IMG/VR virus record: IMGVR_UViG_3300017987_000015
Span: 4,965-68,964 of that record
Strand: one strand, 5' to 3'
Source: a virus
DNA: 64,000 nt
In this document: piece by piece, positions 1 to 9,021 of the stretch
Position numbering within the stretch: the stretch's first letter is position 1
Layout of the letters: each line of letters begins with the position of its first letter
Notes under the pieces: model-generated
Databases searched by the model: none
What the model was told of the DNA's origin: nothing
Seen by the model: only the letters and a program-made list of their open reading frames with translations
Translations under genes and position numbers: made by a program

Positions 1-607
1 CATCACCCTCCAATTTGGGCTCCGCAATCGCCTGTGCGGTAGTAGTATACAGCGCTGCGTCTGGGTCGCTGTATCCCACGCTATACCCAAGCGTCTGGGT
101 CTGGGGGCCGGCTTCTAATGCCCCCGGCGTCTGAACGATTTCCTCAGGCAGGGCGGCCAGCAGATCCTCCACCCGGAGTGGGCTGCCGCAGATTCCCCGT
201 TTCCTCTTTAGCAGCAGCTCTGCCATCAACAGGCAGGCCTCCTCCAGATCCCACTTGATAGGTCGGTCTGCGAAGTACGGCGGAACGAGCATTTCCCTGT
301 CCGGCTTCCATAGGACGGTTGGCATGTGCTCGATGCCGGCCAAGAACAACTCAACCGGTGTGCCCCAACTGGGGACGGGCTGCACAGCAGCCAAAACCCC
401 AGAGCATTGAAGCATGACTTCCAGATTGATGCTTTTGAGTGTAGCAGGTGCCATTTCGGCCACATCAGGATTGAAAGGCCCAGCAGGGTCGTAGGTGCAG
501 ATGCCCATCTCTCCAAGAAGTCGCTTGGCTTCATGTCTCCAGTCCCTGCAGTCAACGCCGGCGTAATCAATCGGGCCGGCCAGATACACTACGCGCTCGT
601 TATTCAT
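1..607 (-). CDS. Nucleoside 2-deoxyribosyltransferase-like (NDT/DNPH1 family) protein, runs off the window edge; possibly fused to a dUTPase
   Basis: Not in the ORF track. Translated by hand from ATG at 607, abutting the stop of 608..1009: MNNERVVYLAGPIDY...DWRHEA...YDP...SWGTPVELFLA. YLAGP and GTxxE are NDT-family motifs. The frame stays open to base 1 and ends ...EPKLEGD. Confidence 0.7.
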   Translation of the reverse strand, partial: MNNERVVYLAGPIDYAGVDCRDWRHEAKRLLGEMGICTYDPAGPFNPDVAEMAPATLKSINLEVMLQCSGVLAAVQPVPSWGTPVELFLAGIEHMPTVLWKPDREMLVPPYFADRPIKWDLEEACLLMAELLLKRKRGICGSPLRVEDLLAALPEEIVQTPGALEAGPQTQTLGYSVGYSDPDAALYTTTAQAIAEPKLEGD

Positions 608-1009
608 TTAGTGTCCTCCTGTCTCCTCCGATAGGGGCAAAGACCACCAACCAAACTCCAGCAACAGGCAGATGATAAAGTAGTTTGCCCCATCTATTAG
701 GTCATCCTGTAAACTTTCCCCTTCCCCCAGCTCCAGAGGAACCAGCTCGTCGATCGTGCCCTGATTGATGCCCCTTCTAGCCAGGCGCTCTCTGAGGTCC
801 AAGGTCTCTACAGAGCGCTGTATGCGGGCCATTTTGTCTTCGGTGACCCGGGTAACCACCCCGTACAGGCCCTGCCTGCTGATGTTCTCGTGTCCTCTGA
901 GCCTCCGCTTCGACAGCATGATGTCCAAGGTCAGAGAATTCACCAAAGCGATGGCCTCTTCTAGGGTTTTGGGATTGCCCCCAGAGATATCTATGGGCAT
1001 CTGGGTCAC
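608..1009 (-). CDS. DUF1599 / nucleotide-modification-associated domain 1 (Nmad1)-like protein
   Basis: K...G..NI...G..GV..R..DK.AR and ESLQDDLIDGANYFII pattern; lies between the NDT-like and PurA-like genes. Confidence 0.7.
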   Translation of the reverse strand: MTQMPIDISGGNPKTLEEAIALVNSLTLDIMLSKRRLRGHENISRQGLYGVVTRVTEDKMARIQRSVETLDLRERLARRGINQGTIDELVPLELGEGESLQDDLIDGANYFIICLLLEFGWWSLPLSEETGGH

Positions 1010-1143
1010 TCCCCCTCGGCTTGGGCCGGCGTTATGTCCTCGGCCGGCTCGGGAGCCGGGGCATCTCCATCACCATACGCGCTCTCCACGACGTCTTCAC
1101 GCCCATCTACCATGTCCTGGTAGGCATCTCGTTTGCATAGCAT
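1006..1143 (-). CDS. Small acidic hypothetical protein
   Basis: ATG at 1143 with upstream GGAGG; fills the gap between the flanking genes. Confidence 0.45.
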   Translation of the reverse strand: MLCKRDAYQDMVDGREDVVESAYGDGDAPAPEPAEDITPAQAEGE

Positions 1144-1147
1144 CCTA

Positions 1148-2239
1148 TTATCCTCCCGGCATCTTCCGCAGGATGAAATCTGCGTAGTTGGGCCCAGTGC
1201 CGATGAAGAACACAGGGGCCTGACAGGCAGTCTCGACATCCCGAACCAGCATCTTGGATCGATCCGATAGATGGGCCCACGAGGTCTTACCCAGATCGTC
1301 GTACCGCCACCAGTCCAGGAAAGTGAGGGCCACGTGAGTGGCCCCATTGAGCTTGGCCGCGTAGTCCAACTCTCTCAAGGATACGCTGAACGGCCGCTCC
1401 ACACCGCCGGCCCCATCGCCGGCCCCGGCCACACCCCCAGGGGTCTGGTGGATCTCCTCGTACGGGCGGCCGGCCCTCAGGCACACCTCTTCCCAGGTGA
1501 GCTCTTTACCCCCTGTGGGCCCGCTATTGCCCGGTACCCTGGTTGGGACTGCCTTGACGACCATGATCACATTCCGAACGTTGGTGTGGTTCAGACCCGC
1601 GTCGGATATGGCCCCAGGGGCCGTCATATTGCGCGATGTGCAGTGCGGGTAATGCCCATGGTCCAGCGACAGCATGGTACCCTGACTGGACTCGATCAGC
1701 ACGGGGCGGCCGGCATGGACAGTGTGCTGTAGATGCTTCGCTGCGTTGACCGTCCCGACGTGCAGCTCTCTGAGATCCTCTCCCACATCTGCAGCGATAG
1801 GGCAGCCCCCAGCCCGTCTGACTTTGGCTGCCATCGTGGCCCCGACTCCCAAGAAGGTAGACCCGCGTTTCTCTGCAGCCTCCCTGCCGGCTTCGATCAG
1901 TTCCGAAGTCACGATAGCTGCGTTGCGATCAACCATAACCCTGGGAGCTCGACCAACCAGCTCCCTTACCTGTTCGATCTCTCTCTCCAGCATCTCCAGC
2001 CCGAAGGTCATGCCGGCTGTCAAAATGCAGGTTGGGCCTGGGTTCTGAGATACGGAGCCAACGGGCAGAACGTGATGCACACTGGTTCGTCCATCTTCGA
2101 GCTGGACCCGATGCTCCGCATTCTGGCCCCCCACACGGGCGTACTTGGCATACTTGATGTGATTGGCGAGGAATAGGGCAATCCTGCCCTTCCCCTCGTC
2201 TCCATATTGCCCACCCACTACGACATCTACCATTCTCAC
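1148..2239 (-). CDS. Adenylosuccinate synthetase-family (PurA/PurZ-like, short archaeal/phage type) enzyme with a divergent substrate loop
   Basis: GGQYGDEGKG P-loop, NAEH, GSTFLG, ESSQG, YPHCTS, PTRVPGNSGP, ELTWEEV, LTFLD, IGTGP. Confidence 0.9.
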   Translation of the reverse strand: MRMVDVVVGGQYGDEGKGRIALFLANHIKYAKYARVGGQNAEHRVQLEDGRTSVHHVLPVGSVSQNPGPTCILTAGMTFGLEMLEREIEQVRELVGRAPRVMVDRNAAIVTSELIEAGREAAEKRGSTFLGVGATMAAKVRRAGGCPIAADVGEDLRELHVGTVNAAKHLQHTVHAGRPVLIESSQGTMLSLDHGHYPHCTSRNMTAPGAISDAGLNHTNVRNVIMVVKAVPTRVPGNSGPTGGKELTWEEVCLRAGRPYEEIHQTPGGVAGAGDGAGGVERPFSVSLRELDYAAKLNGATHVALTFLDWWRYDDLGKTSWAHLSDRSKMLVRDVETACQAPVFFIGTGPNYADFILRKMPGG

Positions 2240-2270
2240 TTGAGCATTCTCCTTTGGGGTTGCTGTTCCC

Positions 2271-2807
2271 CTATTCGGCCAGAGCGCGTTCGAGCTCTGG
2301 GTGCTGATACAGGACCCATTCCCACACCACAGCGATGGGGATATCCCCCCCGCTTCTGGGCATGGCGCAGACTACGTCCCTCTTGAAATCGTGGTGCATT
2401 TCCCAAGACAGGTCGAAGCAGCTCCCTTCGTAGGTGCCCATCCTGGATCCCTCGAATCCCTTCATCTTTAGAACCTTCTCGATGATATTCAAGGCCAAAT
2501 CGGACGGCCCGCTGCCCCCATAACCCCATTCGAATCCGCTGAGGCTGTGCTCCACACACAGGTGGGGGACATTGGTGTGCGCCCCATCCTGGTCTCTACG
2601 CAGGATAAAGACCCCCTCCTGTTCCACAGGGCGATCGACGATCATCTGGTCTGCAAATCCTTCTGTGGCATCCGGGCCCAATCCCCCTGGATGCAGTTTC
2701 GTCCAACACACAGGCCCGTATCCCCGCTGCATGCTCTCCGGGTTGGACAGTGGGCGGCGGCATCTTTGGCACCGGGTAACTGGAATGTCCCCAAATAACG
2801 TGTTCAT
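2271..2807 (-). CDS. Zn-finger (DUF6011-like) plus DUF6166-like domain protein
   Basis: CQRCRRPLSNPESMQRGYGPVC and HSLSGFEWGYGGSGPSDLA motifs. Confidence 0.65.
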   Translation of the reverse strand: MNTLFGDIPVTRCQRCRRPLSNPESMQRGYGPVCWTKLHPGGLGPDATEGFADQMIVDRPVEQEGVFILRRDQDGAHTNVPHLCVEHSLSGFEWGYGGSGPSDLALNIIEKVLKMKGFEGSRMGTYEGSCFDLSWEMHHDFKRDVVCAMPRSGGDIPIAVVWEWVLYQHPELERALAE

Positions 2808-2823
2808 TCTGTTTCACCTCCTT

Positions 2824-3084
2824 TCAAAAGCGATATAAATGCGTGCATAGACAAAAGGGCGTCTCATAGGTCGTGGCCCACACATGGCCGGCACAAACCG
2901 GCTTACCCTCTATCAGCACAGTGCGGGCCAACAGGCTCTCGGTCTTGATAAACCTCCAGGCGGTGCCGTCTGCAAACCAGAACACCGCGCTATCGTAGTA
3001 CAGCCTAACAGCGACTGCCCTCCTGGTTGCCTCACGGAACACTCGCCCCATCTCCTCGATCGAGCGCCTTTGCTCCTCCAGCAT
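2824..3084 (-). CDS. Hypothetical protein
   Basis: Tightly packed co-oriented ORF. Confidence 0.5.
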   Translation of the reverse strand: MLEEQRRSIEEMGRVFREATRRAVAVRLYYDSAVFWFADGTAWRFIKTESLLARTVLIEGKPVCAGHVWATTYETPFCLCTHLYRF

Positions 3085-3294
3085 CTATGCCGCCCTGGGC
3101 TTCCCCTTTTCGGAGAATGCCCTGACCCGCCACCTTTTATAGCCGGATATGGCTTTATTGGCATAATCGCATTGCGCTCGGGCCACCCCTAGATGGGTAG
3201 TATGAAAGATCTCCCCCGTCCCCAAGCGGAACCACTCCCCGAAACTGGCCGTGGTGCTGTCTGCCCATACTCCGTACATTGCTGCCTTGTCCAA
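3085..3294 (-). CDS. Hypothetical protein
   Basis: Abuts the neighbouring ORF in a co-oriented block. Confidence 0.5.
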   Translation of the reverse strand: MDKAAMYGVWADSTTASFGEWFRLGTGEIFHTTHLGVARAQCDYANKAISGYKRWRVRAFSEKGKPRAA

Positions 3295-3304
3295 ATCTCA
3301 CCCC

Positions 3305-3610
3305 CTATTGCTCTATCCAATACCAACCGGCCGCATTGTGCCAGAGCTTGAAGGATTCGCTGCTGACGATGTTGCGTTGGCGACCGACTACCACCTCCCG
3401 CTCTTGGCCTTCGAACCCATGCCGGTATTCCCGCCTGGTTTCGGTGATGGTCTCCTCCTCAACGGTCTCGACCACCACCACATCCCCCCGGCGGAGCCCG
3501 TAATGCACAAGCCATCGGGGGTCCAAACCCAAGATGCCTTCAACTTCGTGATCGAAGCTGGTCAATATGACGTTTCCCACTACCACTTGCCGGTATCGTT
3601 CGCTGGCCAT
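3305..3610 (-). CDS. Hypothetical protein
   Basis: ATG with strong GGAGG RBS. Confidence 0.55.
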   Translation of the reverse strand: MASERYRQVVVGNVILTSFDHEVEGILGLDPRWLVHYGLRRGDVVVVETVEEETITETRREYRHGFEGQEREVVVGRQRNIVSSESFKLWHNAAGWYWIEQ

Positions 3611-3682
3611 CTAGTCCTCCTCCCCCCATTTCCTCCCCCCAGGCCCTCCACCTGGGGGGAGGATGGTGAATTAGCCAATCCT

Positions 3683-5467
3683 CTACCGATCGAATTCCAG
3701 ACCGTGTGCCTGCAGAATATCGAATACGTTCTGGAGATCCTGCAGCAACGGCTCCTGGTCGATCATTCCTGCCAATTTGCTGAGCTCGTCCCCTCGGTCC
3801 TCCCAGTACACCTCTGAGGCTGCGGTCGTGGCCCGCTGCTCGTCCACCGGCCTCCAGGGGGCCCGCCCATCTGCGACGTGTCTGGCGAAGTCATCCATGT
3901 CGATTTCCTCCGCCTCGTCTGCCAGAGCATCTTGGATGGCCTCGTCCACGTGGGGCTGGGTCCGCCAATAGGATAACTCACTATCAGGCCTCAGGTCCTC
4001 TTTGACCGTGTCTACGATCTGGGCCCGCTGCTCGTAGAGCTGGCCCTTGACCCACTGCTCCATGGTCTGCAGCCGTTGGAGCAATTCGCTGAGTGCGACT
4101 GCGCTTGCAACTGCTTCGCCTTGGACTCCATACCAATCGGGCTCCGCAAACTGCATCAGCTTGTCCCTGAGGACCTCGTCCCCACCAACCGCTTCGATGA
4201 TGGCCGCTACCAGATCCTCCACAAAGCAACTGGGCTCCAGGGCCTCAACCTCGATAGCGTAGCAGGTCTCCCCAACCCAGACGCCGTGGACGTCTGCCCA
4301 TTCTTCGGTGGCTCTGTTGTAGTCCACCTCGAATTCGTACCCCGCCTGAACCGGTGACCGTCCTTGTCCCCTGAGCTGCTCTGGGGTAATGCCCACTCGA
4401 TGCACCACCACCGCTCCTGGGAGATAGCGCTCGAATTGCTGGGCCGCCCCATCCTGGACGGGCACGAATCCATAATAATCGTGGTCGCTGATTACGAACA
4501 AGTGCAGCGGATTCTCTGGGGTGGGGGAGTATCGCCCTTCCCAAGATCTGAACCGATCGTTCAGCACTGCCTCCACTGCCGAGAAGGCGTTGACCCCAGA
4601 CATCGCCATAAGCATCGGAACCCCGGCTGCCTTGCAGATCCCCTGGAAGTGCTCGAACAGGCCCTCCTTCTCCAGAAGGATCACGCCATGGAGATCATCA
4701 ACGATCGGGGAGAATCTGGCCACATCCCTGCTGGCGTCTCGTACCCAGAGCTCATCGTAGGTCAAGCCATCCCGTACGAGATCGGCCAGGATGGAGCTTT
4801 GCGCCTGGGCATAGGATCGGCCCCAACCCGTCTTGGGCCACGTGTGGATTCTGGGTTTGCGCCCCAGCTCCTCCTCCAGGGCCCTCTTCTGGGCCTTGTT
4901 CCAGTCGCTCTTGAACACCACCCTTTGGGCCCCCTGCTCCAACGCTCGATTGGAGGATCTATGCCCATCTACCAGCACCACATCCGCCGATCGAATCAGG
5001 TAGGCTTCCAGTGCCTGGGAGGCGAATTTCCAGCCCATAGCGCCTGGACTCTTGGAGAAGTACCAACGCTGGCGGATGGTTCCCAGCTCACCCGTTCCAA
5101 CCGGGCCATCGAGAGGATTCAAGCAGGCTGTCTGACACAGCGCGTATGCCCGCAAAACCACGCTCTTGTTGGGCGTCGAGCCCCTCCAAATGTGGGGCTT
5201 CAGCCCCTCGGCCAGCTCAATCCCCCGGCTCATTGCCTCACGGAACCGGCCCCCCTCTTCTGGAGTCATCTCTCCAGCAGCGACGGCCCGCTCGATCTCT
5301 TCATCGGATAGCGGGTTCAGCCCTGCCAATGCCTCCCAGACCGGGTTGTGGGAAGTGGAAATCTCGGCTATCCCATTCGGGTCGAGATCCCGAAGAACAG
5401 CCTGTTCTCCCTTCCTCAGGAATTGCCCCAACCTGGTCGGACTCGCTCCCTGCTTTTGCCTGGCCAT
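3683..5467 (-). CDS. Topoisomerase VI subunit A / Spo11-like (Mini-A-type) Toprim protein
   Basis: TIRQRWY (WH tyrosine-like motif), ILLEKEGL, SG, VISDHDYYG (DxD), RVGITPEQ, IEVEALEP; first gene after promoter copy 1. Confidence 0.7.
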   Translation of the reverse strand: MARQKQGASPTRLGQFLRKGEQAVLRDLDPNGIAEISTSHNPVWEALAGLNPLSDEEIERAVAAGEMTPEEGGRFREAMSRGIELAEGLKPHIWRGSTPNKSVVLRAYALCQTACLNPLDGPVGTGELGTIRQRWYFSKSPGAMGWKFASQALEAYLIRSADVVLVDGHRSSNRALEQGAQRVVFKSDWNKAQKRALEEELGRKPRIHTWPKTGWGRSYAQAQSSILADLVRDGLTYDELWVRDASRDVARFSPIVDDLHGVILLEKEGLFEHFQGICKAAGVPMLMAMSGVNAFSAVEAVLNDRFRSWEGRYSPTPENPLHLFVISDHDYYGFVPVQDGAAQQFERYLPGAVVVHRVGITPEQLRGQGRSPVQAGYEFEVDYNRATEEWADVHGVWVGETCYAIEVEALEPSCFVEDLVAAIIEAVGGDEVLRDKLMQFAEPDWYGVQGEAVASAVALSELLQRLQTMEQWVKGQLYEQRAQIVDTVKEDLRPDSELSYWRTQPHVDEAIQDALADEAEEIDMDDFARHVADGRAPWRPVDEQRATTAASEVYWEDRGDELSKLAGMIDQEPLLQDLQNVFDILQAHGLEFDR

Positions 5468-5538
5468 CTCCTGTGCCTCCTCTAATGGCTCTGAGATCGC
5501 TCCGTCTGTTCCCTGGTGGGGATTCCCCCCACACCCTA

Positions 5539-5605
5539 ATTAAACCACATCGGGAGGTTCTGCACAAATGTCGGTCGTCATACGCTTGGGGTGACATTTA
5601 TCATA
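5539..5605 (-). promoter_or_regulatory. Early promoter-operator element, copy 1
   Basis: Minus strand TTGTGC-17bp-TTTAAT with TGTG extension, plus a conserved upstream block shared with 15231 and 23020. Confidence 0.75.
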
Positions 5606-7229
5606 TCCCGGCGAACAGGGGCAGGGAGGACAGGCCGTCTTCCTCTGGGTCTGTCTGTATACCCCCCTCCTTTCCCATCTCCGCCTTTTTAAGGTTCAGC
5701 GTCTTGGCCGCGTGCTCCTGGAGATATTCCTCGCTGAGATCGACGCCTACAAAGGAGATCGGGCCCTTGACTCTGCGGGCGGCTGCACCCGTTCTGGCGG
5801 TTCCGGCGAATGGGTCCAGGACAATTGAGGGAGCAACCGGCCATTCGTCGATGTTGTCCGGCCAGATGTCGCCCTCGATCACCCCTTCACCGCCACATTT
5901 TGGGCAGGGCTCCCCCGTTTCGACAGGTGGGACGTTGCTGAGCCCTCCCCTGCTGTCCCGCTGCGGCTGTCCATCCTTGGCGGTTCCGCTGGTCCAATCC
6001 TGGCCCCCCCGCAAGTACTTCATTCCTTTCCCCGTCCCCCCGCATTTGGTGCAGGGGACAGGGCCCCGCTCGGGATGCCCATAGCACCCACAACCCGGAA
6101 CCCAGCCGGCTGTCTGCGCCTGCCGAATGTCCCCCTGGCGGTACCCGACAAAATTCAGCGCTTGGCCTCTCTTCGGTTGTCCCTCACTGTATGGGGCCGC
6201 CCCCCGCTGGTCCAGCATTTCTCTGGTCGTGGGGCCCCGCTTCTCTACCACTCGTTCCCAGGGAGTGCCGCATTCAGGACAGACCCCCCGTTTGGACAGG
6301 CTAGCTCGCAAACACAGCTCCGGAAGTCCTGTGGGAAAAGACGCGAAATGGGAGCCGGAGTAGGGCTCGGGGGGTATGATCCACACGCTCCTGAGATCGT
6401 GGGACCTGTTGCGCTTTTCCGGGTTCTTTTCGCTCCAGTCGATCCAATGGGCCCGTACCGCCTGCTCGTCATAGTGGTATTGTGGTCTCTTGGTAAGCAT
6501 CAACACCTGCTCGTGGGTGAGGGTGGGGGCATCTGTGCGGCTCATAGGCATAGCGCTGCCGTACCCGTCATCCCCCACATCCCCATCTCTGCCCTTTGCC
6601 CAGATATTGCAAATGCGCAGATACCAACCATCCGCCTGCAGGGCAAAGGCTGCCCTCCAGGGGACGCCCACCAAGTCCTTCTCCTTGAGGCCGGGGGGGA
6701 CGTTTCTTGCTATATCTGAACTCATGGATCTTACATTGGTCTGGGACACTTGATGGCTTCGGTTGGCTGCGTAGGTGTCTCCCAGGTTTAGCCAGTAAAT
6801 GCCATCGTCGCGCAATACTCGCCAGAATTCACGGGAGATGGCTACCAGGTGGGCGATGTACATCTGTGGGGAGGGCTCTTGGCCCAGATGGCCCGACCAT
6901 CCCCAGCACTTTTGGCAAAATCGGCCGGTAGAGACATCCATTACTCTCCCCCGATCGGGCTGGAGGTCCCCCTCCTTCCTGGGCCCCCTCAGATGGAGCT
7001 TGCCCACATCTCCCCATTCGTGCTCGCATTCTGGGTCACAGCCGTGGATGTCGAATCGATCCAGCCCCGGCATCGGGCAGAAGTTCGGAACAGAGGGCCA
7101 GGCCCTGGGAGGCACTAGATACTCTCGGTGGGCCAGATATGGGGGAGAGGTACAAATGGCGTGTACACTTTTGTCGGCCAGGCCCAAGCGCAGGCTGTGG
7201 CCCTGTAGCAGCACTCGGTCAGTTAGCAT
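5601..7229 (-). CDS. DNA N4-cytosine/N6-adenine methyltransferase (beta-type motif order) with Cys-rich insertions
   Basis: TSPPY (motif IV) near the N-terminus, WLNLGD, RSVW, HFASFP, VLDPFAGT (motif I) near the C-terminus. Confidence 0.9.
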   Translation of the reverse strand: MLTDRVLLQGHSLRLGLADKSVHAICTSPPYLAHREYLVPPRAWPSVPNFCPMPGLDRFDIHGCDPECEHEWGDVGKLHLRGPRKEGDLQPDRGRVMDVSTGRFCQKCWGWSGHLGQEPSPQMYIAHLVAISREFWRVLRDDGIYWLNLGDTYAANRSHQVSQTNVRSMSSDIARNVPPGLKEKDLVGVPWRAAFALQADGWYLRICNIWAKGRDGDVGDDGYGSAMPMSRTDAPTLTHEQVLMLTKRPQYHYDEQAVRAHWIDWSEKNPEKRNRSHDLRSVWIIPPEPYSGSHFASFPTGLPELCLRASLSKRGVCPECGTPWERVVEKRGPTTREMLDQRGAAPYSEGQPKRGQALNFVGYRQGDIRQAQTAGWVPGCGCYGHPERGPVPCTKCGGTGKGMKYLRGGQDWTSGTAKDGQPQRDSRGGLSNVPPVETGEPCPKCGGEGVIEGDIWPDNIDEWPVAPSIVLDPFAGTARTGAAARRVKGPISFVGVDLSEEYLQEHAAKTLNLKKAEMGKEGGIQTDPEEDGLSSLPLFAGI

Positions 7230-9021
7230 CTGGTGGGTACCACCTTTCCCAGTCTACAACCATCCTGACCGGTGGGTCTGTTCTCTTGGATAGCCACGCG
7301 GGGTACGCATCGATCATCGCCTGGGCGATCTCCTCCTTGATGCCCCTGTCGAGATCCTCTCTGGATAGCTCGCCCTCTATGCTGTCGTGGATCTGCAAAA
7401 GAAGCCGGCTGCTGGTTCCGGCCATCAACCGATCCACGGCCAACATGGCGTCCTTCATCATCTCTGCCACACCGCCCTGAATCAATTGATTAAAGGCCTT
7501 ATACGCTCGATCCTTCTCATTGCCCCCCAGCCATCTCCTCCTGCCAGATAGCAATTTCAGCCAACCCCTGTCTACCCACACCCTCTCGGTGGTTCTCTGA
7601 GCGTGGGCTATTCCGGGAAAGGCCCGGCGGTGGCGTCTGATCACCTCTTTGGCATCCTCGTACGGCAGCCCCGTGGATACAGACAGGGCCCCGGCCCCTC
7701 CACCGTAAGAAATAGTGTAGTTGGCACCTTTGCCGTATTGTCGTTTTATCCTATCGATCTCCTCACCGGGCCACATCTCTCTGGCGGTTTCCTTGTGGAC
7801 GTCCTTGCCCTTGTGGAAAGATTGTGCCATGACCGCGCTCTGGGCATATGAGGTGAGCATCCGAAGCTCAGCCTGCCCATAATCCACTGCCCACAACTCC
7901 GACCCACCCGGGGCCAGAAACAGGCCCCCCATGCTGCCAAAGCTGGCTCCCCTGTCGCTCATGGGGATAGCCTGGAGATTGGGGCTCCTGCAGCTCAAGC
8001 GTCCGCTGATGGTGCCGGCCGCGTGGAATCGGGGATGCAGCCGGCCATCGTCCGCCACCTTGTCGAGGAACCCCTCCAGCCAAGTGGAGATGGCTTTATC
8101 GAAACCCCTCCACTCCAAAAGAACCCCGGCCAGGGGATCATCCAAAGACACTAAGGAGTCCTCGTCTATGCGGGGATTTCCCTTCTCTGTCAGAGGTAGT
8201 TTGGCTCCCCTGTCACGGAATAGGGAAATCACCTCCGATCGAGAAGCCGGGTTCTGCAATCCTTCCCCTTTTAGTCTGGCAGCCGCCTCCTCCCTCTTTC
8301 GGGTCAGAATGCCCATCTGCTCCTGCACCCATCCGGAATTCAAGAGAATGCCCGTTAACTGCATCCTGGTTAGAAGCTTCCCAAAGGCGGACTCTCTGCG
8401 CAGTAGGTGACTCAAGGTGTCTGGTTCATCGTAGGCCTTGGCCGCCTCCTCCAGGAGAACGAGGCCCAAGCGCAGGGTGTATTCAGCATCTGCCCGTCCG
8501 TAGCGCTCCACCTTCTCAGCGGGCATCATAGCAAATTGCCCTCGATTGTTCTTCATCGAAGCCACATCGGCCGGCATTCCACCCAGGAGCCTGGCAGACA
8601 GATGCTTCAACGAGGTGGACTCTTTGTGATTGAAAGGAACGGCGATACGAGATAGGGTTTGGGTATCCACCAGTTGGCTGTCGGAGGGCCATTCCCCAGG
8701 CTGCATGTAGTCCCAACGGGCCAGACGCTCTAGATCGAATAGCGCGTTGTGCATAAAGAACCGCTCGGGGTTTCTGGCAGCCTGGATTATCGCCCGAATT
8801 CCTTCAAGGGGGTGCCTGGGAAAGAACAGCGATGGGGGATGCCCCGCGTTCAGGTACAGGCTGTCTATCTCCCCCTCTTTCAACCAGCTAATGCCGATGC
8901 CAAGTATCCGATCGTCGAAATCCAGACCCGTGGTTTCTGTGTCTACTGCTACTGCGTCGGCCCCAGAGATTTCAGTTATCAGCTCTGGGGTTATCCCCCT
9001 GTGATCTATGCTCTCTAGCAC
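7219..9021 (-). CDS. polA: Family A DNA polymerase with 3'-5' exonuclease
   Basis: DTETTG, HNALFD, YGRAD exonuclease motifs; SGRLSCRSPNLQ; DYGQAELR (A), RQYGKGANYTISYG (B), QIHDS (C). Confidence 0.95.
   Translation of the reverse strand: MLESIDHRGITPELITEISGADAVAVDTETTGLDFDDRILGIGISWLKEGEIDSLYLNAGHPPSLFFPRHPLEGIRAIIQAARNPERFFMHNALFDLERLARWDYMQPGEWPSDSQLVDTQTLSRIAVPFNHKESTSLKHLSARLLGGMPADVASMKNNRGQFAMMPAEKVERYGRADAEYTLRLGLVLLEEAAKAYDEPDTLSHLLRRESAFGKLLTRMQLTGILLNSGWVQEQMGILTRKREEAAARLKGEGLQNPASRSEVISLFRDRGAKLPLTEKGNPRIDEDSLVSLDDPLAGVLLEWRGFDKAISTWLEGFLDKVADDGRLHPRFHAAGTISGRLSCRSPNLQAIPMSDRGASFGSMGGLFLAPGGSELWAVDYGQAELRMLTSYAQSAVMAQSFHKGKDVHKETAREMWPGEEIDRIKRQYGKGANYTISYGGGAGALSVSTGLPYEDAKEVIRRHRRAFPGIAHAQRTTERVWVDRGWLKLLSGRRRWLGGNEKDRAYKAFNQLIQGGVAEMMKDAMLAVDRLMAGTSSRLLLQIHDSIEGELSREDLDRGIKEEIAQAMIDAYPAWLSKRTDPPVRMVVDWERWYPPDAN

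Noticed and set aside
1148-2239. Calling this purZ (2-aminoadenine Z-genome)
   Set aside because: It retains Asp in GDEGKG where PurZ has Ser, lacks the aspartate-binding loop, and no DatZ-like HD gene was recognised in the window.
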